Below, in pieces: positions 39,422 through 54,400 of a stretch of DNA of 64,000 nt; positions within the stretch are counted from its first letter, which is position 1, and every line of letters begins with the position of its first letter. Position numbers and translations under genes: made by a program. This stretch comes from Bugula neritina (taxonomy: Eukaryota; Animalia; Bryozoa). The stretch spans positions 372,001-436,000 of the forward strand of contig OZ037765.1 of NCBI GenBank assembly GCA_964035545.1. The letters are read 5' to 3'. The notes beneath the pieces were generated by a model, which was not told the DNA's origin, did not search any database, and saw only the letters and a list, made by a program, of their open reading frames with translations.

Positions 39422-42400
39422 TTAGTCATCGCTGTCACTCAGCACCCCCGCCCTTTTCTTCTTGCCGGAGAGAGCCCTGGCTATGGTTATGTGATCATCA
39501 TCCGACTCTGATGAGTCAGAGTACGTCTGCGTAAGAGCCGTGGCCGGAAATGAGTCTGAAACACAACGTCTGCATCTCAGTGGTGGATCCAGGAATTTGG
39601 TTTGTTAATCAAATGTGAATCAAACTTGATGAAAAAACACAAAATAACCAGCAAAAAGTGATAAAAAACTAATATTCTGTTGGCCTTTCCTAGTTGGGGT
39701 ATTTCATATTAGAGTTGTCCTCTCTACTGTATATAGCCTAGCAACAAGTGCTTTCATTGGTAGTTTGTAATGGTAGCACTAACCCTTTCAGCTACAACAT
39801 CGCTATGGCCACAGCTTAGTATACCTGTTAATATACACAAACTAGATAAACTATTAGAATCTAACCAAACTGAACAGGGGGCTGTTTTCCCTCGGCATTT
39901 GAATTCTCGTTTGTATCCATCCTATCCCCTTCACCAGTCACTGGCTCCGCCCCTTGAGAGAGTAACTCGTCTGCAGGCATGTGGGAGTTGTCCACCTTCC
40001 TTCTCTTTCTGAGACTTGGAACTGAAGAGACTCTAGAGGTGTCCAGAGTTGTGTTCTCTTTGTCACCTTCTGAGTCATAATCAGTACAGTTCAGATGCAA
40101 ACAACTCCAGTCATGGAAAGATAACTCCAGTATAACAAGTTTGCTTAGCTCAATTTTATTTAATTTCTAGTAGAAACTCAACGTACATAAAAACAATAAA
40201 GCAAACTTTTGATTAAATTTTACTTTCTTATTTAGTGCAACTGAGTACCAAAATCAATTAATGTAATATTTATATCTACTACAAGGCAAAACCTCAAGTG
40301 ACATCTTACAGAAGAAAACTTTTAGTTCAAGTCACATGAAACTCACAAAAAATATCTCTACTCAATTTTCGATTTACTCTAGCCAATTTAGATTGAGTGC
40401 CATATAATAGCATAGAGCAGAGGCTACATTATTAACTTACATGAAACACAAAGTCTACTAAGTGGAGAGATAACTCCCACTATCAGGAGGTCTACTACTA
40501 CACTAACCTGAATCACTGTCACTCTTAGACTCAGTTCCAGCCCTCACTCGCCCCTTCCTTGCAGTCCCTGTGTCTAGTTTAACTCCACTGTCACTACACA
40601 GAGTTCAAGGTATAAAGTACCACCAAGTTGTGAGTTAGTGTGATATACTCGAGAGTTAGTGTGATATACTCGAGAGTTAGTGTGATATACTCAAGAGTTA
40701 GTGTGATATACTCAAGAGTTAGTGTGATATACTCAAGAGTTAGTGTGATATACTCAAGAGTTAGTGTGATACACTCAAGAGTTAGTGTGATATACTCAAG
40801 AGTTAGTGTGATATACTCAAGAGTTAGTGTGATATACTCAAGAGTTAGTGTGATATACTCAAGAGTTAGTGTGATACACTCAAGAGTTAGTGTGATATAC
40901 TCAGGAGTTAGTGTGATATACTCGAGAGTTAGTGTGATATACTCAAGAGTTAGTGTGATATACTCAAGAGTTAGTGTGATATACTCAAGAGTTAGTGTGA
41001 TATACTCAAGAGTTAGTGTGATATACTCGAGAGTTAGTGTGATATACTCAAGAGTTAGTGTGATATACTCAAGAGTTAGTGTGATATACTCAAGAGTTAG
41101 TGTGATATACTCAAGAGTTAGTGTGATACACTCAAGAGTTAGTGTGATATACTCAAGAGTTAGTGTGATATACTCAAGAGTTAGTGTGATATACTCAAGA
41201 GTTAGTGTGATATACTCAAGAGTTAGTGTGATACACTCAAGAGTTAGTGTGATATACTCAGGAGTTAGTGTGATATACTCGAGAGTTAGTGTGATATACT
41301 CAAGAGTTAGTGTGATATACTCAAGAGTTAGTGTGATATACTCAAGAGTTAGTGTGATATACTCAAGAGTTAGTGTGATATACTCAAGAGTTAGTGTGAT
41401 ATACTCAGGAGTTGGTGTGATATACTCAAGAGTTAGTGTGATATACTCGAGAGTTAGTGTGATATACTCGAGAGTTAGTGTGATATACTCGAGAGTTGGT
41501 GTGATATACTCAAGAGTTAGTGTGATATACTCGAGAGTTAGTGTGATATACTCAGGAGTTAGTGTGATATACTCAAGAGTTAGTGTGATATACTCGAGAG
41601 TTAGTGTGATATACTCGAGAGTTGGTGTGATATACTCAAGAGTTAGTGTGATATACTCGAGAGTTAGTGTGATATACTCAGGAGTTAGTGTGATATACTC
41701 GAGAGTTAGTGTGATATACTCGAGAGTTAGTGTGATATACTCAAGAGTTAGTGTGATATACTCAGGAGTTAGTGTGATATACTCGAGAGTTAGTGTGATA
41801 TACTCAAGAGTTAGTGTGATATACTCAAGAGTTAGTGTGATACACTCAAGAGTTAGTGTGATACACTCAAGAGTTAGTGTGATACACTCAAGAGTTAGTG
41901 TGATATACTCAAGAGTTAGTGTGATATACTCAAGAGTTAGTGTGATATACTCAAGAGTTAGTGTGATATACTCAAGAGTTAGTGTGATATACTCAAGAGT
42001 TAGTGTGATATACTCAGGAGTTGGTGTGATATACTCAAGAGTTAGTGTGATATACTCGAGAGTTAGTGTGATATACTCGAGAGTTGGTGTGATATACTCG
42101 AGAGTTAGTGTGATATACTCGAGAGTTGGTGTGATATACTCAAGAGTTAGTGTGATATACTCGAGAGTTAGTGTGATATACTCGAGAGTTGGTGTGATAT
42201 ACTCAAGAGTTAGTGTGATATACTCGAGAGTTAGTGTGATATACTCAGGAGTTAGTGTGATATACTCAAGAGTTAGTGTGATATACTCGAGAGTTAGTGT
42301 GATATACTCGAGAGTTGGTGTGATATACTCAAGAGTTAGTGTGATATACTCGAGAGTTAGTGTGATATACTCAGGAGTTAGTGTGATATACTCGAGAGTT

Positions 42401-45400
42401 AGTGTGATATACTCGAGAGTTAGTGTGATATACTCAAGAGTTAGTGTGATATACTCAGGAGTTAGTGTGATATACTCAGGAGTTAGTGTGATATACTCGA
42501 GAGTTAGTGTGATATACTCAAGAGTTAGTGTGATATACTCAAGAGTTGGTGTGATATACTCAAGAGTTAGTGTGATATACTCAAGAGTTAGTGTGATATA
42601 CTCAAGAGTTAGTGTGATATACTCAAGAGTTGGTGTGATATACTCAAGAGTTAGTGTGATATACTCAAGAGTTAGTGTGATATACTCAAGAGTTAGTGTG
42701 ATATACTCAAGAGTTAGTGTGATATACTCAAGAGTTAGTGTGATATACTCAAGAGTTGGTGTGATATACTCAAGAGTTAGTGTGATATACTCAAGAGTTA
42801 GTGTGATATACTCAAGAGTTAGTGTGATATACTCAAGAGTTAGTGTGATATACTCGAGAGTTAGTGTGATATACTCAAGAGTTAGTGTGATATACTCAAG
42901 AGTTAGTGTGATATACTCAAGAGTTAGTGTGATATACTCAAGAGTTAGTGTGATATACTCAAGAGTTAGTGTGATATACTCAAGAGTTAGTGTGATATAC
43001 TCAAGAGTTGGTGTGATATACTCAAGAGTTAGTGTGATATACTCAAGAGTTAGTGTGATATACTCAAGAGTTAGTGTGATATACTCAAGAGTTAGTGTGA
43101 TATACTCGAGAGTTAGTGTGATATACTCAAGAGTTAGTGTGATATACTCAAGAGTTAGTGTGATATACTCAAGAGTTAGTGTGATATACTCAAGAGTTAG
43201 TGTGATATACTCAAGAGTTAGTGTGATATACTCAAGAGTTAGTGTGATATACTCAAGAGTTAGTGTGATATACTCAAGAGTTAGTGTGATATACTCAAGA
43301 CTTAGTGTGATATACTCAAGAGTTAGTGTGATATACTCAAGAGTTAGTGTGATATACTCAAGAGTTAGTGTGATATACTCAAGAGTTAGTGTGATATACT
43401 CAAGAGTTAGTGTGATACACTCAAGAGTTAGTGTGATATACTCGAGAGTTAGTGTGATATACTCAAGAGTTAGTGTGATATACTCAAGAGTTAGTGTGAT
43501 ATACTCAAGAGTTAGTGTGATATACTCAAGAGTTGGTGTGATATACTCAAGAGTTAGTGTGATATACTCAAGAGTTAGTGTGATATACTCAAGAGTTAGT
43601 GTGATATACTCAAGAGTTAGTGTGATATACTCGAGAGTTAGTGTGATATACTCAAGAGTTAGTGTGATATACTCAAGAGTTAGTGTGATATACTCAAGAG
43701 TTAGTGTGATATACTCAAGAGTTAGTGTGATATACTCAAGAGTTAGTGTGATATACTCAAGAGTTAGTGTGATATACTCAAGAGTTGGTGTGATATACTC
43801 AAGAGTTAGTGTGATATACTCAAGAGTTAGTGTGATATACTCAAGAGTTAGTGTGATATACTCAAGAGTTAGTGTGATATACTCAAGAGTTAGTGTGATA
43901 TACTCAAGAGTTAGTGTGATATACTCAAGAGTTAGTGTGATATACTCAAGAGTTAGTGTGATACACTCAAGAGTTAGTGTGATATACTCAAGAGTTAGTG
44001 TGATATACTCAAGAGTTAGTGTGATATACTCAAGAGTTAGTGTGATATACTCAAGAGTTAGTGTGATATACTCAAGAGTTAGTGTGATATACTCAGGAGT
44101 TGGTGTGATATACTCAAGAGTTAGTGTGATATACTCGAGAGTTAGTGTGATATACTCGAGAGTTAGTGTGATATACTCGAGAGTTGGTGTGATATACTCA
44201 AGAGTTAGTGTGATATACTCGAGAGTTAGTGTGATATACTCAGGAGTTAGTGTGATATACTCAAGAGTTAGTGTGATATACTCGAGAGTTAGTGTGATAT
44301 ACTCGAGAGTTGGTGTGATATACTCAAGAGTTAGTGTGATATACTCGAGAGTTAGTGTGATATACTCAGGAGTTAGTGTGATATACTCGAGAGTTAGTGT
44401 GATATACTCGAGAGTTAGTGTGATATACTCAAGAGTTAGTGTGATATACTCAGGAGTTAGTGTGATATACTCGAGAGTTAGTGTGATATACTCAAGAGTT
44501 AGTGTGATATACTCAAGAGTTAGTGTGATACACTCAAGAGTTAGTGTGATACACTCAAGAGTTAGTGTGATACACTCAAGAGTTAGTGTGATATACTCAA
44601 GAGTTAGTGTGATATACTCAAGAGTTAGTGTGATATACTCAAGAGTTAGTGTGATATACTCAAGAGTTAGTGTGATATACTCAAGAGTTAGTGTGATATA
44701 CTCAGGAGTTGGTGTGATATACTCAAGAGTTAGTGTGATATACTCGAGAGTTAGTGTGATATACTCGAGAGTTGGTGTGATATACTCGAGAGTTAGTGTG
44801 ATATACTCGAGAGTTGGTGTGATATACTCAAGAGTTAGTGTGATATACTCGAGAGTTAGTGTGATATACTCGAGAGTTGGTGTGATATACTCAAGAGTTA
44901 GTGTGATATACTCGAGAGTTAGTGTGATATACTCAGGAGTTAGTGTGATATACTCAAGAGTTAGTGTGATATACTCGAGAGTTAGTGTGATATACTCGAG
45001 AGTTGGTGTGATATACTCAAGAGTTAGTGTGATATACTCGAGAGTTAGTGTGATATACTCAGGAGTTAGTGTGATATACTCGAGAGTTAGTGTGATATAC
45101 TCGAGAGTTAGTGTGATATACTCAAGAGTTAGTGTGATATACTCAGGAGTTAGTGTGATATACTCAGGAGTTAGTGTGATATACTCGAGAGTTAGTGTGA
45201 TATACTCAAGAGTTAGTGTGATATACTCAAGAGTTGGTGTGATATACTCAAGAGTTAGTGTGATATACTCAAGAGTTAGTGTGATATACTCAAGAGTTAG
45301 TGTGATATACTCAAGAGTTGGTGTGATATACTCAAGAGTTAGTGTGATATACTCAAGAGTTAGTGTGATATACTCAAGAGTTAGTGTGATATACTCAAGA

Positions 45401-48400
45401 GTTAGTGTGATATACTCAAGAGTTAGTGTGATATACTCAAGAGTTGGTGTGATATACTCAAGAGTTAGTGTGATATACTCAAGAGTTAGTGTGATATACT
45501 CAAGAGTTAGTGTGATATACTCAAGAGTTAGTGTGATATACTCGAGAGTTAGTGTGATATACTCAAGAGTTAGTGTGATATACTCAAGAGTTAGTGTGAT
45601 ATACTCAAGAGTTAGTGTGATATACTCAAGAGTTAGTGTGATATACTCAAGAGTTAGTGTGATATACTCAAGAGTTAGTGTGATATACTCAAGAGTTGGT
45701 GTGATATACTCAAGAGTTAGTGTGATATACTCAAGAGTTAGTGTGATATACTCAAGAGTTAGTGTGATATACTCAAGAGTTAGTGTGATATACTCGAGAG
45801 TTAGTGTGATATACTCAAGAGTTAGTGTGATATACTCAAGAGTTAGTGTGATATACTCAAGAGTTAGTGTGATATACTCAAGAGTTAGTGTGATATACTC
45901 AAGAGTTAGTGTGATATACTCAAGAGTTAGTGTGATATACTCAAGAGTTAGTGTGATATACTCAAGAGTTAGTGTGATATACTCAAGAGTTAGTGTGATA
46001 TACTCAAGAGTTAGTGTGATATACTCAAGAGTTAGTGTGATATACTCAAGAGTTAGTGTGATATACTCAAGAGTTAGTGTGATATACTCAAGAGTTAGTG
46101 TGATACACTCAAGAGTTAGTGTGATATACTCGAGAGTTAGTGTGATATACTCAAGAGTTAGTGTGATATACTCAAGAGTTAGTGTGATATACTCAAGAGT
46201 TAGTGTGATATACTCAAGAGTTGGTGTGATATACTCAAGAGTTAGTGTGATATACTCAAGAGTTAGTGTGATATACTCAAGAGTTAGTGTGATATACTCA
46301 AGAGTTAGTGTGATATACTCGAGAGTTAGTGTGATATACTCAAGAGTTAGTGTGATATACTCAAGAGTTAGTGTGATATACTCAAGAGTTAGTGTGATAT
46401 ACTCAAGAGTTAGTGTGATATACTCAAGAGTTAGTGTGATATACTCAAGAGTTAGTGTGATATACTCAAGAGTTGGTGTGATATACTCAAGAGTTAGTGT
46501 GATATACTCAAGAGTTAGTGTGATATACTCAAGAGTTAGTGTGATATACTCAAGAGTTAGTGTGATATACTCAAGAGTTAGTGTGATATACTCAAGAGTT
46601 AGTGTGATATACTCAAGAGTTAGTGTGATATACTCAAGAGTTAGTGTGATATACTCAAGAGTTAGTGTGATATACTCAAGAGTTAGTGTGATATACTCAA
46701 GAGTTAGTGTGATATACTCAAGAGTTAGTGTGATATACTCAAGAGTTAGTGTGATATACTCGAGAGTTAGTGTGATACACTCAAGAGTTAGTGTGATATA
46801 CTCGAGAGTTAGTGTGATACACTCAAGAGTTAGTGTGATATACTCAAGAGTTAGTGTGATATACTCAAGAGTTAGTGTGATACACTCAAGAGTTAGTGTG
46901 ATATACTCGAGAGTTAGTGTGATATACTCGAGAGTTAGTGTGATATACTCAAGAGTTAGTGTGATATACTCAAGAGTTAGTGTGATATACTCAAGAGTTA
47001 GTGTGATATACTCAAGAGTTAGTGTGATATACTCAAGAGTTAGTGTGATATACTCAAGAGTTAGTGTGATATACTCAAGAGTTAGTGTGATATACTCAAG
47101 AGTTAGTGTGATATACTCAAGAGTTAGTGTGATACACTCAAGAGTTAGTGTGATATACTCGAGAGTTAGTGTGATACACTCGAGAGTTAGTGTGATATAC
47201 TCAAGAGTTAGTGTGATATACTCAAGAGTTGGTGTGATATACTCAAGAGTTAGTGTGATATACTCAGGAGTTAGTGTGATATACTCAGGAGTTAGTGTGA
47301 TATACTCAAGAGTTAGTGTGATATACTCAAGAGTTAGTGTGATATACTCAAGAGTTGGTGTGATATACTCGAGAGTTAGTGTGATACACTCAAGAGTTAG
47401 TGTGATATACTCAAGAGTTGGTGTGATATACTCAAGAGTTGGTGTGATATACTCAAGAGTTAGTGTGATATACTCAAGAGTTAGTGTGATATACTCAAGA
47501 GTTAGTGTGATACACTCAAGAGTTAGTGTGATATACTCAAGAGTTAGTGTGATATACTCAAGAGTTGGTGTGATATACTCAAGAGTTAGTGTGATATACT
47601 CAAGAGTTAGTGTGATATACTCAAGAGTTAGTGTGATATACTCAAGAGTTAGTGTGATATACTCAAGAGTTAGTGTGATATACTCAAGAGTTAGTGTGAT
47701 ATACTCGAGAGTTAGTGTGATATACTCAAGAGTTAGTGTGATATACTCAAGAGTTAGTGTGATATACTCAAGAGTTAGTGTGATATACTCAAGAGTTAGT
47801 GTGATATACTCAAGAGTTAGTGTGATATACTCAAGAGTTAGTGTGATATACTCAAGAGTTAGTGTGATATACTCAAGAGTTAGTGTGATACACTCAAGAG
47901 TTAGTGTGATATACTCGAGAGTTAGTGTGATACACTCAAGAGTTAGTGTGATATACTCGAGAGTTAGTGTGATATACTCAAGAGTTAGTGTGATATACTC
48001 AAGAGTTGGTGTGATATACTCAAGAGTTAGTGTGATATACTCAGGAGTTAGTGTGATATACTCAAGAGTTAGTGTGATATACTCAAGAGTTAGTGTGATA
48101 TACTCAAGAGTTAGTGTGATATACTCAAGAGTTAGTGTGATATACTCAAGAGTTAGTGTGATATACTCAAGAGTTAGTGTGATATACTCAAGAGTTAGTG
48201 TGATATACTCAAGAGTTAGTGTGATATACTCAAGAGTTAGTGTGATATACTCAAGAGTTAGTGTGATACACTCAAGAGTTAGTGTGATATACTCGAGAGT
48301 TAGTGTGATACACTCAAGAGTTAGTGTGATATACTCAAGAGTTAGTGTGATATACTCAGGAGTTAGTGTGATATACTCAAGAGTTAGTGTGATATACTCA

Positions 48401-51400
48401 AGAGTTAGTGTGATATACTCAAGAGTTAGTGTGATATACTCAAGAGTTAGTGTGATATACTCAAGAGTTAGTGTGATATACTCAAGAGTTAGTGTGATAT
48501 ACTCAAGAGTTAGTGTGATATACTCAAGAGTTAGTGTGATATACTCAAGAGTTGGTGTGATATACTCAAGAGTTGGTGTGATATACTCAAGAGTTAGTGT
48601 GATATACTCAGGAGTTAGTGTGATATACTCAAGAGTTAGTGTGATATACTCAAGAGTTAGTGTGATACACTCAGGAGTTAGTGTGATATACTCGAGAGTT
48701 AGTGTGATACACTCAAGAGTTAGTGTGATATACTCAAGAGTTAGTGTGATATACTCAAGAGTTGGTGTGATATACTCAAGAGTTAGTGTGATATACTCAG
48801 GAGTTAGTGTGATATACTCAAGAGTTAGTGTGATATACTCAAGAGTTAGTGTGATATACTCAAGAGTTGGTGTGATATACTCGAGAGTTAGTGTGATACA
48901 CTCAAGAGTTAGTGTGATATACTCAAGAGTTAGTGTGATATACTCAAGAGTTAGTGTGATATACTCAAGAGTTGGTGTGATATACTCAAGAGTTAGTGTG
49001 ATATACTCAAGAGTTAGTGTGATATACTCAGGCAGATAAATGCACTCTATAGTACATACTATAGCATATACTATAGTACATACTATAGCATATACTATAG
49101 TACATACTATAGCACATACTATAGTACATTCTATAGCACATTCTATAGCACATTCTGCAGTACTGTGACCTCTCACCTGTCTGATGAAGAGTCGTCTGAA
49201 CTGAGAAACTCTTTACTTTTAGGAGGTCTGAAAGAGAATAGATAAAGTATTCAACACATATTTCAGTCCCATACATAAATAAATCTGAAACATTACATCA
49301 GGAAGTGAAACTCAACTGACCTTTCAAGTTCCATGCTATCTTTAGCTGCGGGTTTTCTTCTTTGTGTTGCCTTAGGTTTGGCATTCGCAGCTACAAAGTG
49401 AAACATCGGAGTGATATAGTCATAATATCATATCAAAAACTCACAGCACGATATACTATATCATAGGTGTGATATATATCATTAGCTTGTAGTATTTAGG
49501 TAATCATCACGATGTATGAATTTAAAGGCAAACATTTTTATCGGACCAGTTTGATACTTTAGCAAGCTGTAAATGAGTCAGTATAACGACTAGTCATAGA
49601 TGAGTCAACTTTTCTCATTTCTCAAGTGTTGACTCTGTCTAACACTTCATTGCATGCAATGCCAGGCAAGAGATGAGAACCCTACAGCACTATCCTGTTG
49701 TATAACTCCAGCTGTGTACCTAGCTGTCAGGGGAGGCATTCTTCAGCTGTATAGAAATAACACAGCACTTGTTGCTGTAACTTGTTTGTCGAATGTAAAA
49801 TAATGAAATGTAGAGAACTACAATCAACTCTGTGAGAGACAAACTCACCTTTCTTCTGCTTCCGGCATTTTCCGTTCCTTGAAGCACTTGCTGAAGGGAT
49901 GTTGTACTGCAGATCTAGTCTAGGGAACTCCCCTCCACTCTCTGGATCCAAGGCAGCGTCCAGCTGACGGAGGACGTCCGGACTCAACTCGAGGGAAATT
50001 CTCCAGAATTGCTCCTGCAAAGACACAGCGTAAACCGATGACATCACAGCTACCAATCACAACCGTAACCTCGGTATTACAACGAGCAGCAGACTTCCTG
50101 ACCCACCTGCTCATCCACAGGGGGGTTAACTCCGACAGTATATAGAAACTTCTGGAATACTGCATTCTGCAGAGCAACTTCACATTCCTCCATGAGTGGA
50201 ATGAGGGGCGTGGCTTCCGGCTCTTCGTCCTCTGAAAGCAAACAGCCAATGAGACGTCAGTACAACACTACAGCAGACGACATACTATATACTACAGCAG
50301 ACTATATACTAAATACTACAGCAGACTATATACTACAGCAGACTATATATTATATACTACAGCAGACTATATACTACAGCAGACTATATACTATATACTA
50401 CAGCAGACTATATACTAAATACTACAGCAGACTATATACTACAGCAGACTATATATTATATACTACAGCAGACCATATACTACAGCAGACTATATACTAT
50501 ATACTACAGCAGACTACATACTAAATACTACAGTAGACTATATACTATATACTACAGCAGACTATATACTAAATACTACAGTAGACTATATACTATATAC
50601 TACAGCAGACTATATACTAAATACTACAGCAGACTATATACTATATACTACAGCAGACTATATACTATATACTACAGCAGACTATATACTATATACTACA
50701 GCAGACTATATACTACAGCAGACTATATACTATATACTACAGCAGACTATATACTATATACTACAGCAGACTATATACTAAACACTACAGCAGACTATAT
50801 ACTATATACTACAGCAGACTATATACTATATACTACAGCAGACGACATGCTAGACCCACCATCTTCCCTGTCGTCTGCAGTTCTATTGAAGCTTCTCCTC
50901 AGCCAGTTTAGACTGAGTTCCATGGAAGGCATTTCCCTCAACTGTAAGAGTAGCTCTAGAGCGTCCCCTCTCTCCAGTCCACTGAATGGATGGGTGGGTG
51001 CTGAGACTAGCTCTGTATCACTTTCCTCTTCAGAACTGCTAGAATTACCTGGTAAATACGATACCAGATCTGATGTGATGGTAGTAACAGGAAGTCTAAC
51101 TGCTGGTTTAACTTCCTGTTAAGTTAATTATCCGCTGAAGGACGATTTGAGTTACACCAATAGAATAACAAGTGATGTGTATATTAGTCAGTAACGCCAT
51201 TCAACTGGATTTAAACAGCACAAATAGGTTACAAGAAACTTCGTTAGAACCAGCTTGTAGACCAGCAAAATATTTAATATAAAATACAATGAGATGCAAA
51301 TAAAAATAACAAATTGTGTATAAGATTCAATATAAACGGTGAAAGGATGATGAAACATATAAAACTAACAAGTTATTATGTAATCAAGGAAAGCATCACT

Positions 51401-54400
51401 CACCTAGTTACGCAGTATTCTCACGTTGTGACACTGATATGTATTACTGAGTACACCTGCACACACGTGTAACAACACATCCTGTGAATAAATCTCACTC
51501 ACAATGATACCAGAACTCACTCACCTCCACTGCTACTTCCAGCCTCTTTTTGAAGTGACTTTCGTTTCCTCTTCTTTCTGAGCAGCTTACGATCTTCCAC
51601 AAGCCCGAGTTCTACCAGCTTGTTGACAATGTGTCTGCGGGGCCGGTCCAGTTTCAGCATGATCTCTCCAGCCACATCTACAGTGAGCTCTACACTACAG
51701 TGAGCTCTACACTACACACTGAGCTCTACACTACACTGAGCTCTACACTACACTGAGCTCTACACTACACACTGAGCTCTACACGACACACAGTGAGCTC
51801 TACACTACACTGAGCTCTACAATACACACAGTGAGCTCTACACTACACTGAGCTCTACACTACACTGAGCTCTACACTACACACACTGAGCTCTACACTT
51901 GTGCTAAGACAGAACAAACAACTCCAAGCTACCTAATACTAAACACCCTCTGACGTCTAGAGCTGTGAGTATAGTTAGTAAGTGGTAGATCCACACAAGA
52001 TAATGTAGAGATCAGTGTGAGCGAAGTCTACTCACCATCATCGTGTTGGTGCATCTCATAGAGAGTACGGAGCTCCTCTACAGCCTCCTCCGACCACGTC
52101 TGTCTGTTTGTCTGTCTGCCGGAGATGCCCTTCTTGAGCTGTTTAGAGTTGGTGACGAGATCCATGAGTATGAGTTGGCGCACCACCTGCCTTCTGGTTC
52201 TGGAGGTGTCTATCAGGTGGGGGAGGATGTTGTCCACGATATCACCTGTACCGACACATGTGTAACCACATTACTGTACGGACACATGTATACACACATT
52301 ACTGTACGGACACATGTATACACACATTACTGTACCGACACATGTACACACACATTACTGTACGGACACATGTACACACACATTACTGTACCAACACATG
52401 TATACACACATTACTGTACCAACACATGTACACACACATTACTGTACGGACACATGTACACACACATTACTGTACGGACACATGTATACACACATTACTG
52501 TACCGACACATGTATATACACACATTACTGTACCAACACATGTACACACACATCACTGTACCAACACATATATACACACACCTTCGCCGTCTTTATGCTC
52601 CTCATAAAGTTGCCTCAGCTCCATTTCCTGTTCCTCCGTCCACAAAATCTTCCCAGAATTCTGAGCGGATTGAGACTTGTAAGTGCCGTAACCGTCTACT
52701 ATTTCTATACACTCTTTGGCATTCTTCCAGAACAGCATTTCCACGTAGACTTTGGGGGTCTGGCAGAATATAACAACATAATATAATATAATAATTATAC
52801 AACAATAATATAACATCATAATAATATGATATCACAATAATATAATACATTGGACAGCAGTTGTGTTATAAATAGTACAAAACACCACTTAACTGAGTGA
52901 TAATGAAAATTAACAAACTTAATTGAAATAATTCAACAGCAATTAAGTTACACCAACAAGAACAAATTTAGTTACTTAAATTATTAATAATAAAACTGCA
53001 AAATATAATTTGTCATCTAAATAATTTGAAAATATGACTCATGTGAATATAGAGAAAGGGGATAAGTTGACTCGTGAACTATTTGTATTACAGAATAAAC
53101 GTAACTGTACCAGAAAATAATATATAAAACTGTGATACAGATCTACAACTCTAAGCCAATGTCTATATTTAAATATAGAATTCGCTTAAAGAAACAGGAA
53201 ACAGGATGTGAGACTGAACAGACAGACAAACCTTCTCGGCACACTTGAAGAACTGACGGAGTACGTAAGTGGCGAAGGTCTTGAGTTCGGCAAAGTGGGA
53301 GGTTTTTGTTGAGTCATCGTTGAATATCTTCTGGAAGGTTCTGAAGACGGAGAGTTGGAAGAGGAGAGCCACCATCCCGTTCTAAATAAGTTCTCAGACT
53401 ACTATACCTGCTATACTCAGACTACTACACCTGCTATACTCAGACTACTATACCTGCTATACTCAGACTACTATACCTGCTATACTCAGACTACTATATA
53501 CTCAGACTACTATACCTGCTATACTCAGACTACTATACCTGCTATACTCAGACTACTATATACTCAGACTACTATATACTCAGACTACTATACCTGCTAT
53601 ACTCAGACTACTATACCTGCTATACTCAGACTACTATACCTGCTATACTCAGACTACTATACCTGCTATACTCAGACTACTATATACTCAGACTACTATA
53701 TACTCAGACTACTATACCTGCTATACTCAGACTATTATATACTCAGACTACTATATACTCAGACTACTATATACTCAGACTACTATACCTGCTATACTCA
53801 GACTACTATACCTGCACAGCAATACGGTGCAGCATCTTCACGATGCAGTGGTTGGTATGCACGTCGTTGTTGCGGTACAGAGTCAGCAACAGAGTGTAAA
53901 CCTGCACCACTTTGGGGGAGGAGAAGGTCATGAGAAACTTCCGGAAGTCAAACTCCAACTCTTGTGTCACTTCCTGCTCCTCGACTCCTTCCATTTCCTC
54001 CTCCAACACCTCATCACCTGAGAGTAGCGCTATATCATTATATTTTATTATTACATTATATTACTATATTATATCACTATATTACTATATTATATTATTA
54101 TATTACTATATTATTATACTATATTACTATATTATATTATATTACTGTATTATACTATAATTATTACTATACTACGTACCGTAATCATCTCCCTCCACAT
54201 TGTCATTACTCTCAGTTTGTCCCCGAGACAGATCTGCTAGGAACACCTCTCTCAACAGCTGCAGACGTAAATAGTTGTGCTGATACATAACTTAGTAAAT
54301 AGTAGTCAGTTATTAACTGATACATAACTTAGTAAATAGTAGTCAGTTATTAACTGATACATAACTTAGTAAACAGTAGTCAGTCTTTCACTGATACATA

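Noticed and set aside
40632-49031. Possible CRISPR array or telomeric repeat
   Set aside because: There are no unique spacers and no cas genes, the context is eukaryotic, and the unit is not TTAGGG/TTAGG.
40594-49176. 2860-aa (LEYITLT)n and 2799-aa (VIYSRVS)n ORFs; the minus ORF coincides exactly with the intron (GTG...TAG)
   Set aside because: A 21-bp unit lacking a stop in one frame per strand gives such ORFs automatically. The track start and stop are simply the GT donor and TAG acceptor. In the TIMELESS frame, retention hits TGA immediately (AG|G TGA).
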